From assembly GCA_963768055.1 (NCBI GenBank), contig CAVYGN010000001.1, positions 1,152,001 through 1,216,000 of the forward strand: a stretch of 64,000 nucleotides of DNA. The letters are read 5' to 3'. Of this stretch, positions 39,236 through 49,639 are shown piece after piece; positions within the stretch are counted from its first letter, which is position 1; each line of letters opens with the position of its first letter. Below the pieces are notes generated by a model. The model was given only the letters and a program-made list of their open reading frames with translations. It ran no database searches and was not told the origin of the DNA. Made by a program: the position numbers and the translations under genes. The DNA comes from an uncultured Spirochaetota bacterium. Lineage in GTDB: Bacteria; Spirochaetota; Brevinematia; Brevinematales; JAOACQ01.

Positions 39236-40386
39236 TATTCCAGCCTCCTTCTGAATCTTACCACGCTCAGGTAAAATAGAAAGGAACCAAGAATAATCAG
39301 AGCCAGCAGATCTTTCCATAGTTCAAAGAAAGACGTCCCCTTAAGGAAAACTCCCCTTACTATTGTCACAAAATATGCCATTGGATTGATGTAAGTTATA
39401 TATTGAATCACCCTGGGCATAGCATAAATGGGAAAAACAAACCCTGAAAAAAGGGTTGAAGGAAGAAAATAAAGAAAAGTGGAAAGAAGGGCTTCCTGCT
39501 GGCTTTTCGAAATTGTTGAAATATATAGCCCTATTGAAACTGTCGATATAATAAAAAACAGAGAGGCGAAAAGCATGAAGAAGAAATTGCCTGCAAAGGG
39601 CACCTTAAACCAGAATATTGTAATTAGTGAAACTATAATAACGTCGAAAAAGCTTACCAGTATAAAAGGTACGGTCTTCCCTGCTATAAGTTCAAAAGGC
39701 CGTATGGGCGATACGATAAGCTGGTCTATAGTGCCGGTTTCCCTCTCTTTTACTATTGACATTGCTGTAAGTACGATCGTAACAAGGGAAACCACAAGTC
39801 CCAGAACAGCCGGAAGAAAAAAGTTCCTGCTGGAAAGATCCGGATTGAAGAAAACCCTTTCCTTCATATCAATATTTTGCCTGAACTTAACCCCCATAAT
39901 CCCCTTATTCAGAAGAAAAAGCCTTATTCTTTTATTTAAATAGTCGATTGAATACTGCATGGTTATCTGGTTTACATATGAAACGATAACAGCAGCCCTG
40001 CTTGAATCGGTTCCATCCACTATCAGCTGGACCTCTGAAATTTTGCCGGCTTTTATTTTTTTTGAAAAATCTATTCCCATATGCAGATAAACCTCCGCGT
40101 CGCCCCTGTCCATAATTTCATCCAGTTCACGCGGCGTATCTATTTCCCTGTAAACGGCGAAGTAACCCGAACCGGTGAATTTCTCAATAAGCTCCCTGCT
40201 CATCCGGCTCCTGTCTTCATCCAGGATTACCATCCTGACGTCTTTAACGTCGGTATTGACCGCATATCCGAACAACAGGAGCGAAATAATCGGGGCCGCT
40301 AATATGACGAGCCTCATTCTCGGATCGCGGAACATCTGCTTGAATTCTTTAATTAAAAACGATCTTAGTAAAGAAAATCGGATCAT
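39235..40386 (-). CDS. ABC-2 type permease (YbhR-like)
   Basis: KEFKQMFRD, LFGYAVNTDV, VDGTDS and KERETGT motifs. Confidence 0.92.
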   Translation of the reverse strand: MIRFSLLRSFLIKEFKQMFRDPRMRLVILAAPIISLLLFGYAVNTDVKDVRMVILDEDRSRMSRELIEKFTGSGYFAVYREIDTPRELDEIMDRGDAEVYLHMGIDFSKKIKAGKISEVQLIVDGTDSSRAAVIVSYVNQITMQYSIDYLNKRIRLFLLNKGIMGVKFRQNIDMKERVFFNPDLSSRNFFLPAVLGLVVSLVTIVLTAMSIVKERETGTIDQLIVSPIRPFELIAGKTVPFILVSFFDVIIVSLITIFWFKVPFAGNFFFMLFASLFFIISTVSIGLYISTISKSQQEALLSTFLYFLPSTLFSGFVFPIYAMPRVIQYITYINPMAYFVTIVRGVFLKGTSFFELWKDLLALIILGSFLFYLSVVRFRRRLE

Positions 40387-40394
40387 ACTCCAGT

Positions 40395-41549
40395 TTATTC
40401 CTCCGGTAATTTCATAACTATGTTTCTTAGGCTTATAAAGCTTACAATAAATGCAAAAATAAAAAGGAAAACGATCTGCACCCACATAATTGTAAAACCT
40501 ATCCCTTTCAGCGCGATACCTTTCATGTATATGATCAGGTATTTGGCGGGGATCAGGTATGTAATGATCCGGACAAAGAACGGCATATTCTTTACAGGGA
40601 AAATGTACCCGGATAAAATAATAGAAGGAAGATATGTCAGGATTACCGCCAGCTGTACCGAAAGGACCTGGGATTTAGTCGCCGAGGATATGAAAATTCC
40701 GAGGCTTGAAGCGCCGATAAGGAAAAGGAGCGCGACAAGATATAACTCCAGAAAACTGCCCCTGATCGGAGCCTGGAAGACAAAATAACCTAAGCAAACA
40801 GAGACAATCAGGTCGAACAGGGCTATGAATACATAAGGAAACAGCTTCCCTATAAATATTTCATGGCGCCTCAAAGGGGTAGTAATCAGGCTTTCCATCG
40901 TCCCCCTTTCCCATTCCCTTGATATGGTGAGACTGGTTATCAGGGCCGATATAATGGACATAATGATTACAATGATGCCCGGGACAATATAATTCCGGCT
41001 TTTCAACTCCGCATTATACCAGATCCTAGTCCTTATATCGATCGGCAGCATGAGAGAAGAAAGGCCGAAAAGGTTCATTTCGCTTATCTTATTGTTCCTG
41101 TTGAATTCAAAAAGGATATTATTCACATAACCGAGCGCGACTGTCGCTGACGTCGAATCGGATCCGTCGACAATCAGCTGAATATCGGCTTTCTTGCCGG
41201 TTTTGAATTTTTGTTCGAAATTTTCAGGGATAACTATCGCTATGACTATGGCGCCGTTATTTATCAATCTATCTATTTCTTTATATTTCGAAACATATTT
41301 GTATAAGGAAAAATATTCTGTATGGAAGAAATTTTCAAGGAACTTCCTTGAAAATGCGGTTTTATCCTGATCGAAAACGGCGAAACTCACATGCTTGACA
41401 TCCATCGAAAGGGCGTATCCGAAAAGCAGGATCAGAAACACGGGTAGAATCAGAGAAAGTACCAGGCTCCTGAGATCCCTTCTAATTTGTATCCATTCTT
41501 TACCCGCTATCGCCCTCATCCTGCGTATGGATTTTATAAATAATTTCAT
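40395..41549 (-). CDS. ABC-2 type permease (YbhS-like)
   Basis: KEWIQIRRD, FGYALSMDV, DGSDS and REWERGTME motifs. Confidence 0.92.
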   Translation of the reverse strand: MKLFIKSIRRMRAIAGKEWIQIRRDLRSLVLSLILPVFLILLFGYALSMDVKHVSFAVFDQDKTAFSRKFLENFFHTEYFSLYKYVSKYKEIDRLINNGAIVIAIVIPENFEQKFKTGKKADIQLIVDGSDSTSATVALGYVNNILFEFNRNNKISEMNLFGLSSLMLPIDIRTRIWYNAELKSRNYIVPGIIVIIMSIISALITSLTISREWERGTMESLITTPLRRHEIFIGKLFPYVFIALFDLIVSVCLGYFVFQAPIRGSFLELYLVALLFLIGASSLGIFISSATKSQVLSVQLAVILTYLPSIILSGYIFPVKNMPFFVRIITYLIPAKYLIIYMKGIALKGIGFTIMWVQIVFLFIFAFIVSFISLRNIVMKLPEE

Positions 41550-42466
41550 GAAAGGCTCCGCAGGGCAAGAATTTGAATAAAGCAATCCTCAAGTCCAGGT
41601 ATATTTTCCCTTACGGTATTAATTTTTAAACCCTCTTTTTCAAGGATATCCTTTATATTTTGTCTGTGATTTCCTTTTTCGGAAACAAATAATTTCAAGG
41701 TCGCTCCCGTCAGGATGACTGATTTGTATTCATCATAGAGTTTCAGTATTCTTTCAGCCTTTCTTGAATCGGAGGTTGTTATCTCCATAAATTTCATGGA
41801 GATCATTTGTTTAATTTCTCCGGGAGTGCCTGTAGAGATTATTTTTCCCTTATGCATAAGAGCTATCCTGTTGCATCTTTCCGCCTCGTCAAGATAAGCC
41901 GTACTAATGACTATGGTTTTTTTTTCACCCAAAAGGTCATAGAGTATTTTCCAGAATTCCCTCCGCGACACTGGATCTACCCCGTTAGTAGGCTCGTCGA
42001 GTAGAATGATTTCAGGGTTATGAACAAGACAACAGGCAAGCCCCAATTTTTGTTTCATCCCGCCCGAAAGTTTCCCGGCCATTCTGTTCCTGAAAGGCTC
42101 AAGCAGGCTGAAGGAATAAAGAACCCTTAATTTTTTACGTATTTCTTTATTCGGCATTCCGAAAAGATTCCCGAAAAAGAAAATGTTTTCCTCGACGGTG
42201 AGGTCCTCGTACAACCCGAATTTTTGCGGCATGTATGCAAGCCCGTCTTTAAGGGCGTAAAGATTTTTAAATAGTTCGATATCCTTCATAAGGACCGATC
42301 CTGAAGAAGGCTGAAGAATCCCCGCAAGAATCCGGAGAAGGGTGCTTTTACCGGATCCATCCGGCCCGACGATACCGAAAATCTCCCCTGTGCCGACATT
42401 AAAAGAAACATTGTTTAAAGCCTCTGTTCCCTTAAATGATTTGACAAGGTTCTTCGCTTCGATCAA
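41546..42466 (-). CDS. ABC-2 type ATP-binding protein (YbhF first-half-like)
   Basis: GPDGSGKST, YMPQKFGLY, LSGGMKQKL and STAYLDEAE motifs. Confidence 0.92.
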   Translation of the reverse strand: MIEAKNLVKSFKGTEALNNVSFNVGTGEIFGIVGPDGSGKSTLLRILAGILQPSSGSVLMKDIELFKNLYALKDGLAYMPQKFGLYEDLTVEENIFFFGNLFGMPNKEIRKKLRVLYSFSLLEPFRNRMAGKLSGGMKQKLGLACCLVHNPEIILLDEPTNGVDPVSRREFWKILYDLLGEKKTIVISTAYLDEAERCNRIALMHKGKIISTGTPGEIKQMISMKFMEITTSDSRKAERILKLYDEYKSVILTGATLKLFVSEKGNHRQNIKDILEKEGLKINTVRENIPGLEDCFIQILALRSLS

Positions 42467-43266
42467 TTTGAACTCTCCGTATAAATAACAGCGTCAGCCG
42501 GCATTCCCGGTTTAAGTGCTTCATCGGGATTATCAAGGGTTATTTTTACCGCGAACATCAATTTCACCCTTTCATCTTTTGTCTGTATCGTTTTTGGGGT
42601 GAACTCGGCCTCCTGGGAGATAGTTGAAACTATTCCGATGAAATCCCTCTTAGGATAGCTGTCGACATTTATAACAGCTTTCATACCCAGTTTTACAAGC
42701 CCCAGTTTTTTTTCATCAACATAAATCTTTATATAGACATGCCTGAGATCGGCCATCGTCAGGATGGCTGAACCTGGAAAAGCAGTCTCGCCGATTTCAA
42801 GGTTCTTTTCAAGAACAGTTCCGCTTATCGGAGCATAAATGACGGCATTCTCGATATCGGCAATAACCTGGTCAAGAGAGGCTTTTGAAACCATGAAAAC
42901 CGCCTCCGCATTATCCATTTCTTTTTTTGATACCGATCCTGCGGCGTAAAGGTCCTTGACCCTTTTAAGATTCAAATCCGCGTTTTCAAGGCTGGCCTTT
43001 GCTGAATTCCGTTCTGCCGCCAGTTCGTCGTAGATGAGTCTTACAATCAGTTGCCCTGCTTTAACTTCTACACCCTCGTCTACAGGAAGTTCGGCGATCC
43101 TCCCCGATATTTTCGAACTTATCTCTATCTCAGTTACCTCGATCGTTCCCGAACCTTCAATATTTCCGCTGTTTTTATTGATATTCCTGAATACTTCAAA
43201 AAATAATGTCGCCGCCGCAAGTATTACTATTACAGCGGCTATCGGCAATATCGCCTTTGATTTCAT
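42463..43266 (-). CDS. HlyD/YbhG-type membrane fusion protein
   Basis: SGTIE, APISG, AEFTPKTIQT and LKPGMPAD motifs. Confidence 0.92.
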   Translation of the reverse strand: MKSKAILPIAAVIVILAAATLFFEVFRNINKNSGNIEGSGTIEVTEIEISSKISGRIAELPVDEGVEVKAGQLIVRLIYDELAAERNSAKASLENADLNLKRVKDLYAAGSVSKKEMDNAEAVFMVSKASLDQVIADIENAVIYAPISGTVLEKNLEIGETAFPGSAILTMADLRHVYIKIYVDEKKLGLVKLGMKAVINVDSYPKRDFIGIVSTISQEAEFTPKTIQTKDERVKLMFAVKITLDNPDEALKPGMPADAVIYTESSN

Positions 43267-43276
43267 TTGAACCTCC

Positions 43277-43888
43277 TTATTTCAGTTTAAGAGTCCTCAA
43301 AAGGCTGTCTGAAAATTTTTCCGTAAAAGCATGCTCCAATTTTATATGGCTGATGCCGTAAACTCTTGCAACATCGTCAGAGATGCAATGATACATGATC
43401 AGAGGTATCCCCTGGAAGAAAAGCATTTTTGTAATATAAGATTCCCTGTCCTCAATTAAATTTCCCGCGTCTTTACTCATCATATTGTAAATTTCATTGT
43501 AAAAATCGCTCATCAGGGATAAGACAATTTCATAATCCAGTTTCCCCCTTAAAACTTCTGAAAGGATGATCCGGATGAAAGACGATTCACTGCCTATTAT
43601 CTGCCGCATATTCTCGAGTATGATTTCAGGCCTTATTGTTTTCTGGCTTTTCATACCTTCTATCTGCTCCGCCAGATGTTTTTTAGCCGCATCGATTATT
43701 CTTCCGATCAGCTCTTTAAGAATGTTTTCCTTGCTTTGAAAATGGTAGTAAAGCATGACTTTACTTACTCCGGCTTTACGGGCAATGTCCTCCATTTTTG
43801 TTCCGTCATAACCCTTATTTATCATAATTGCCCTGGCCGCGCCCAAAATACTCTCTTTCGTGTCCCCGGCCGTATTCTTTTTTTCCAT
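43277..43888 (-). CDS. TetR/AcrR family regulator
   Basis: IARKAGVSKVMLYYHFQSKE HTH; start 43888 with SD GGAG. Confidence 0.93.
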   Translation of the reverse strand: MEKKNTAGDTKESILGAARAIMINKGYDGTKMEDIARKAGVSKVMLYYHFQSKENILKELIGRIIDAAKKHLAEQIEGMKSQKTIRPEIILENMRQIIGSESSFIRIILSEVLRGKLDYEIVLSLMSDFYNEIYNMMSKDAGNLIEDRESYITKMLFFQGIPLIMYHCISDDVARVYGISHIKLEHAFTEKFSDSLLRTLKLK

Positions 43889-43928
43889 ACCATACTCCTG
43901 GTTTATACTCAAGATATGAACTCATTAT

Positions 43929-43973
43929 TTTAACTATTGGTATAATTATAAATAATAAAGAATTCAATGTCAA
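43929..43973 (-). promoter_or_regulatory. sigma70 promoter of the efflux operon with candidate TetR operator
   Basis: Perfect TTGACA-17nt-TATAAT (43973-43945), followed by the imperfect palindrome TTATACCAATAGTTAAA over the predicted start site. Confidence 0.75.
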
Positions 43974-44076
43974 TAGAAAAATAAAATAAAAAAACATGCG
44001 ATATTTTTATAATATGAATATAATAATTCGCCTGACAGGTAAAGGCCTGGTCATAAAAAAAGGGGGACTATATCGT

Positions 44077-44574
44077 ATGAAATATTCGATGATTTCAATT
44101 TTAATTGCATTTTCCGCATTCACTTTTGTTTTTTCCGAAGACGCCCCTACAAACGGCGGCAAGGCACCAATGATCAAGGGTGAAGACTTGGGTACGGACG
44201 CCGGGGATATTTCGCTCAAGCTTTATGCCGGGAAAGTAGTCCTTATTAATTTCTGGGCCACCTGGTGCCCGCCCTGCCGTGGTGAGATCCCCGACCTGAT
44301 AAAACTGCAGAAAGTTTATAAGGGGAAATTGGAGGTATTCAGTGTTTCTGTCGATCAGAACGGCCCTGATAAGGTCAGGGAATTTTCTAAAAAATACGGG
44401 ATCAATTATCCGGTCATAATGTCCGATGACGGCATAGTCCGTAGCTACGGCGGGATAGAGGCTATCCCCACGACTTTCTTAGTCGACACCAACGGCAATC
44501 TTGTAAAGAAATATGTAGGCTCTATGACTTTTGACCAGTACGAGGCTGAAATCAAGCCTTTCCTGCCGGAATGA
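44077..44574 (+). CDS. TlpA-family thiol-disulfide oxidoreductase
   Basis: Signal peptide; NFWATWCPPCRGE and IPTTFLVD motifs. Confidence 0.93.
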   Translation: MKYSMISILIAFSAFTFVFSEDAPTNGGKAPMIKGEDLGTDAGDISLKLYAGKVVLINFWATWCPPCRGEIPDLIKLQKVYKGKLEVFSVSVDQNGPDKVREFSKKYGINYPVIMSDDGIVRSYGGIEAIPTTFLVDTNGNLVKKYVGSMTFDQYEAEIKPFLPE

Positions 44575-44612
44575 ACAGGTTGACTGACATAATTTATTGT
44601 AAGGAGGTTATT

Positions 44613-45809
44613 ATGGTCGCAAAACAATTGAAAATGTGGCTGATTATTATCCTGATCTCGATTCCCGCCTTAACTTTTGGAAGTTCTCTGTATGACGCCG
44701 CCGACGACGGCAACGTCGCATTCATAAAAAATTACAGCGGCGATATCAATGCTAAAGATTCGGATGGTAAGACTGCATTGATGTTTGCATCCGAAAACGG
44801 CCAGTCTGTGGCTGCCGCAGCGCTGATGGAAGCCGGAGCCGATGTTAACGAAAAGGATAACGCCGGCATGACAACTTTAATGTATGCGTCTGAAAACGGC
44901 CAGCCTGATATTGTCAAATCACTAATTAAAGCTAAGGCGGAGATAAATGCGAAGGATAAAAATGCAAAAACGGCTTTAATGTATGCTGCTGAAAACGGCC
45001 AGTCTGTGGCTGCCGCTGCGCTGATCAAGGCGGGATCAGATGTCAATGCCAGGGATAATGACGGCAATACGGTTTTGATCTGGTCTGCCACTCGTAATGA
45101 CCCGGAAGCAGTTAAAGTTATAAAATCGTTGATAGAAGCGAAAGCCGATGTTAACGGCAGGGATAATGACGGCAGTACAGCATTAATGCAAGCGGGCAAA
45201 TCGGGGATTGCCGGAAACATCAAAGCATTGATAGAGGCCAATGCGGATATAAACGCCACCAATGAAGACGGAACGACTGCTTTGATGTATGCCATAAAGG
45301 CAGGAGCTGATTCAAATGTGATTAAATTATTAATCGATTCCGGGGCGGATGTCAACACTGTGGATAAAGACGGCAATACCGCTTTAATACGTGCGACCGA
45401 TTCATATACCTCAATGGTATCAGCAGCTTTTGGCGTTAATTCAGATGCGGCAGTAGTAATCAAACTTTTGGTTGAAGCGAAAGCGGATGTCAACATTATG
45501 GATAAAGACGGCAATACTGCTTTAATGTATGTAGCAAAGTGGGGATTAGCGGACGCAGTTAAAGTTTTGATCGAAGCGAAGGCAGATTTAAATGCCAGGA
45601 ATGATGAAGGAAAGACGGCCCTGATATTTGCAGCAAAATTTCCAATTTTGAATATGAAACCGAAAATCAAGTTAATTAGAGAGTTGATAGAAGCCGGAGC
45701 AGACATCAATATCAAGGATATGTACGGTTATACAGCTTTGACATATGCGGCCAGAAGGAATGCAACATCGGAAACGGTTGAAGTTTTAAAAGAAGCCGGT
45801 GCGAAATAG
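44613..45809 (+). CDS. Secreted ankyrin-repeat protein
   Basis: SD AAGGAGG, signal peptide, about 10 repeats of type GxTALMxA..LIEAxADVN. Confidence 0.93.
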   Translation: MVAKQLKMWLIIILISIPALTFGSSLYDAADDGNVAFIKNYSGDINAKDSDGKTALMFASENGQSVAAAALMEAGADVNEKDNAGMTTLMYASENGQPDIVKSLIKAKAEINAKDKNAKTALMYAAENGQSVAAAALIKAGSDVNARDNDGNTVLIWSATRNDPEAVKVIKSLIEAKADVNGRDNDGSTALMQAGKSGIAGNIKALIEANADINATNEDGTTALMYAIKAGADSNVIKLLIDSGADVNTVDKDGNTALIRATDSYTSMVSAAFGVNSDAAVVIKLLVEAKADVNIMDKDGNTALMYVAKWGLADAVKVLIEAKADLNARNDEGKTALIFAAKFPILNMKPKIKLIRELIEAGADINIKDMYGYTALTYAARRNATSETVEVLKEAGAK

Positions 45810-45812
45810 GCA

Positions 45813-46907
45813 TCAATTTTCGAGATATCCGAATACGGGCTCGCCGGCTTTGGGATGCCAGACCCTGTCCAGCTTTTCTTTAACGCGCCTTATGGCCCCT
45901 TCTTCGCTGGAGACATAGAGGGTTTTTCCGCTCTCGGCGGCGACAAGGGGCCTTAACTTTACCCTGTCCGAGAGGGCCATAAATCCGCCGTCGAAACCGA
46001 TAATGAACGCGAAGGGACCGTTCAAAAGCAGGCTTCCGTAAACAGTCCTGAGCCCGGTATAAAGCGATTTCGATTCCTCGTCCATAGCATCTATGTCTTT
46101 CCAGAACGGGGCGGCGAAAACCTTGGCGATCATATCCCATGACAGGTTATGTTTCCTTTTTAACAGGTCGACGCCGTAAGCGACAACTTCGGTATCGGTG
46201 CGCATTGTGCATTCGTAGCCGAAACTCTCAAGGTATCTCCGGTTGATGCCGTATGAAGAAATCTCTCCGTTATGGACTACCGAATAATTGAGAATTGTAA
46301 ATGGATGAGCGCCTCCCCACCAGCCGGGTGTATTCGTGGGAAATCTGCTGTGAGCGATCCATGTATGGGCCTCGTATTCATCAAGCCTGAAAAAATCGCC
46401 CAGCTCATGGGCCTCCCCGACCCCCTTGAATGCGCCCATGTTCTTGCCGCTTGACATGATGAAAACGCCTTCGATATTTTTATTGATGAATAAAACCTTT
46501 GAAACTACGTAGTCGTCTTCTTTTTCATTTCCCAGACGGGCGTCGGAAACCCGGCAGAAATACCTGTAAAAGAGGGGCGACCGGCCGATCGTCTTGTTTT
46601 TTCTCGTGGGTATCTGGTCTTCATAAACTATATCGAAATTCTCTTTTATATACTCCTTCCCCCTATCCATGGATGCGGTATCGTCATACATAACATGCAG
46701 GGCATAATAATCCTTATATGTATCGTAAAGGCCGTAAACGGCAAAACCGCCCCCAAGGCCGTTTCCCCTTTCTTTCATATGCTCTATGCCTTTTATGGCG
46801 TCGATGCCTTTGGATTTCCTGCCGTCCCTGTTTATAAAGCCGATAAGGCCGCAGCCGGATATATCCTTTTCACCATAAGGGCTTGAGAGCCCGTAATTAT
46901 GCGTCAT
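45813..46907 (-). CDS. Class II glutamine amidotransferase (stand-alone glutamate synthase GAT subunit / GlxB-like)
   Basis: CGLIG (Cys19), ERGNGLGGGF, HSRFPTNT, AHPF, VHNGEI, TDTEV and NGPF motifs. Confidence 0.88.
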   Translation of the reverse strand: MTHNYGLSSPYGEKDISGCGLIGFINRDGRKSKGIDAIKGIEHMKERGNGLGGGFAVYGLYDTYKDYYALHVMYDDTASMDRGKEYIKENFDIVYEDQIPTRKNKTIGRSPLFYRYFCRVSDARLGNEKEDDYVVSKVLFINKNIEGVFIMSSGKNMGAFKGVGEAHELGDFFRLDEYEAHTWIAHSRFPTNTPGWWGGAHPFTILNYSVVHNGEISSYGINRRYLESFGYECTMRTDTEVVAYGVDLLKRKHNLSWDMIAKVFAAPFWKDIDAMDEESKSLYTGLRTVYGSLLLNGPFAFIIGFDGGFMALSDRVKLRPLVAAESGKTLYVSSEEGAIRRVKEKLDRVWHPKAGEPVFGYLEN

Positions 46908-47106
46908 TTTTAACCTCTTGAAGACTATTACAGGATAATATTATAATTTCTTCATACTGATAATTCAAGAATAAGGGGTATCATCCAGGATTCATTTTTA
47001 AAATAATTCGAACTCCCGGTGGGGACAGATACTTGAAAGGCTTGGCAAGAAATTTATCGCTGAAAATAAAGTAATCGACAATTATAATTCTAAAATATTC
47101 TGAAGC

Positions 47107-47468
47107 AAGGAGGATACTTATAAAAATATTGTTATTTTAAACCTTCCTTATGATAGGTTCTTTCGAAACCGGAGAAGGTCAAACCACAAAATTGCAACCA
47201 TACAAATGTGACCCTTGATTCGGTTATTATAGTAGCCAGCTTTCAAATAAGATTAGTCTATAAATTTGGCGGAAAAGTTGAATACACTAAATTTATTATG
47301 ACTTTGAAGGCGGCATTCAAAATGAATTTGCAAAGATGTATATATACAAAATGCCCAGTCTTGAATGCATATGAATCCGAAAAGCTGGATATCGAAAAAA
47401 TTGTATCGGATTTAGTTATGAATCCTGCAGCGCTAATTACCATCAATGAAAAAATAAAGAGGGCTTGA
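47107..47468 (+). pseudogene. Possible decayed gene for a secreted protein
   Basis: AAGGAGG SD, then ATA-KILLF*TFLMIGSF with several in-frame stops; an 86-codon open frame follows. Confidence 0.25.
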
Positions 47469-47611
47469 CTTACTTGACAACGGAATGCTAACTCAACAAA
47501 AATGACAACATGATGTTATATAAATAAAATTGCGCCTAAACAACAAATGACGGCAAAAAAAGCTATTTAAGTGAAATAACCCCTGCAAGGGATAGCATCA
47601 GATCCGATTAA

Positions 47612-48190
47612 TCATATTTTCCCGACTTTTTTATAAGCGGTACGGAATTTGTCGGATTTAACAGCTTCCGCGATATCCTTTCCTATTCTGTTCATTACCT
47701 TATCAAAGGCTTCAAACATATAGCCTAAATTCGAGTGGAACAGCGTAATACAATCCATCTCCTCTTGATAAAGGACGGTCTCTTTATCGGCTGCTAACAG
47801 CCGGATTTCAACGGTGCCTTCAACCTTGTAAACCACCAATCCATAGCACCAGAACCTGGTTATGTAAACTTCCAGGGTTGGTGAGCCTTCCTCAACAACG
47901 GAATAACCGCTTTGAGAAAGCGCCTGTTTTACTGTTGTTTCCACTTCCCCCGTTATAGTCTTTCCTTTCTGTAAATATAAACGTTTGCCCATGAGAGCAG
48001 GTTCGTCTTTGCCAAAGTCCTTTTCACGCGAGTTGTAAACTTTTCCGATCGTAATATTGCCGAGATTATCTTCAGTTTTCGAGAATTTTGCCCTGGTAAA
48101 ATATATGCCGTCAAAACAGCCGTAAATGCAAAGGCAGAGAATAAAAGCGGGTAATAAAAATAAAACCCTTTTGAGCCTGAAAAACCTCAT
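47612..48190 (-). CDS. Hypothetical lipoprotein (YajG-like)
   Basis: IYGC lipobox after ATG 48190; ALSQSGYSV..LEVYITRFW pattern. Confidence 0.65.
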   Translation of the reverse strand: MRFFRLKRVLFLLPAFILCLCIYGCFDGIYFTRAKFSKTEDNLGNITIGKVYNSREKDFGKDEPALMGKRLYLQKGKTITGEVETTVKQALSQSGYSVVEEGSPTLEVYITRFWCYGLVVYKVEGTVEIRLLAADKETVLYQEEMDCITLFHSNLGYMFEAFDKVMNRIGKDIAEAVKSDKFRTAYKKVGKI

Positions 48191-48273
48191 TGAAACGGAA
48201 AAGTTCAATATATTCCCCCTTTTACCCGGCAATTAAGAATTATGGTTTACGCTCAAAAAATAATCAAGAATAA

Positions 48274-49440
48274 TCACCGGCGGCTGTTAATGTTAACAGG
48301 AATTTTTACTATGAAACGGCTTCCCTTTCCCGGGCCATCGCTTTCAGCCCATAAGGAGCCGTTGTGGAGCTCGGCCATTTTTCTGGACAGCGTTAAGCCG
48401 AGTCCTGTACCCGGTTCTTTGAACGAATTTTTGCCCTGAATCTGGTAAAAAGATTCGAAAATATTTTCAAGCTGGTCTTGAGGGATTCCTATGCCTGTAT
48501 CCTTTACGCTAATTATAATTTCATCGCCCGACATTTCACCGGCAACGGTTATTGTACCTCCGTCCGGAGTGACTTTCGAAGCATTGGAAAGAAGATTTAT
48601 AATGATCTGCCTGATCATTCTTTGATCCGCCTCAATCTCATGGTTTTCCATTTCCGAATCAAGAAACAACTCAAGCCTTATATGACGCTTCAGGCATCTT
48701 TCCTCGATTATAATCAGGCTCTTCCTGATTACCGGCCCGATCGGAAAAAATGATTTGACAAGCGTCATTTTATCGGCCTCGATTTTAGACAGGTCGAGTA
48801 ATTCGTTGATCAGCGACAGAAGATACCGTCCGCTTTCCATAATGTCACTGACATATTCCCTTTGCCGTTCATTTAATGGCCCGTAATATTGCTCATTAAG
48901 GATCTGGGAAAAACCTATGATGGAATTAAGCGGAGTCCGGAGTTCATGCGAAATATTCGCGATAAACATATTTTTAATACGATTAGCCGATTCCGCGGAA
49001 ATTTTAGCAATCTGAAGGCTTCGGATCCTGTTCAGGAAAACAAATAACAGGGTAATAAGGAAACCCGGGATCAGGACAAAAATGAAATTCGGATCCCTGA
49101 TAAGATTTACCGGATTGCCGCCGGTTAACGTCCCTATGCCATGCATATTGAAAATATAGATAAACAAAATAGAGAAAAAAACAAGAACCAGCATATAAAG
49201 AAATGTTTTAACAATCAATTCTTGCAAAAGCGAAACCCAGCGAACCAGATTGGATGAAAGTATTGCATCCAGTATAACTAAAATCAGAGAACAGGAAAAA
49301 CCTATGCCGACCGCCCCTTCAATATTGTTTAATGACGAGTTTCCGTATAAAAAAGGGATAACGAGGCTTATCAAAATACAGATAAGGATATTTTTGTTAT
49401 TGACTTTAACAGCATTGATTACGATAGAAGAAATATTCAT
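48274..49440 (-). CDS. Membrane sensor histidine kinase
   Basis: About 4 TM helices; SHELRTPLN, NLLSNA, DTGIGI and GTGLGL motifs. Confidence 0.93.
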   Translation of the reverse strand: MNISSIVINAVKVNNKNILICILISLVIPFLYGNSSLNNIEGAVGIGFSCSLILVILDAILSSNLVRWVSLLQELIVKTFLYMLVLVFFSILFIYIFNMHGIGTLTGGNPVNLIRDPNFIFVLIPGFLITLLFVFLNRIRSLQIAKISAESANRIKNMFIANISHELRTPLNSIIGFSQILNEQYYGPLNERQREYVSDIMESGRYLLSLINELLDLSKIEADKMTLVKSFFPIGPVIRKSLIIIEERCLKRHIRLELFLDSEMENHEIEADQRMIRQIIINLLSNASKVTPDGGTITVAGEMSGDEIIISVKDTGIGIPQDQLENIFESFYQIQGKNSFKEPGTGLGLTLSRKMAELHNGSLWAESDGPGKGSRFIVKIPVNINSRR

Positions 49441-49484
49441 ATGGTATTATACTTCCGCCTGATTTTACGGTCAAAAATTTCAGC

Positions 49485-49577
49485 GGTCAACAGTCAGCAC
49501 TCAATAGTCGAAAGTCAATATTATAATCAATACTTTACGGGAGACAGCATGACCGTAGACTGCAGACTGCCGACTAT
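49485..49577. repeat. Palindromic heptamer-repeat element (copy B)
   Basis: GGTCAAC AGTCAGC ACTCAAT AGTCGAA AGTCAAT ... TGACCGT AGACTGC AGACTGC CGACTAT. Confidence 0.7.
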
Positions 49578-49639
49578 ATCGATATTGACGGCAAGGTTTT
49601 TGTTGCTTAACTTTATTATATATAAAAAAGGGGTGTTTT

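Noticed and set aside
36915..43888. Efflux operon with two separate ATPase genes as a novel system
   Set aside because: Matches the known YbhG-YbhF-YbhS-YbhR type with the tandem ATPase split into two genes
44732..45715. 327-aa minus-strand ORF
   Set aside because: Antisense shadow of the repetitive ankyrin gene, with no independent protein features
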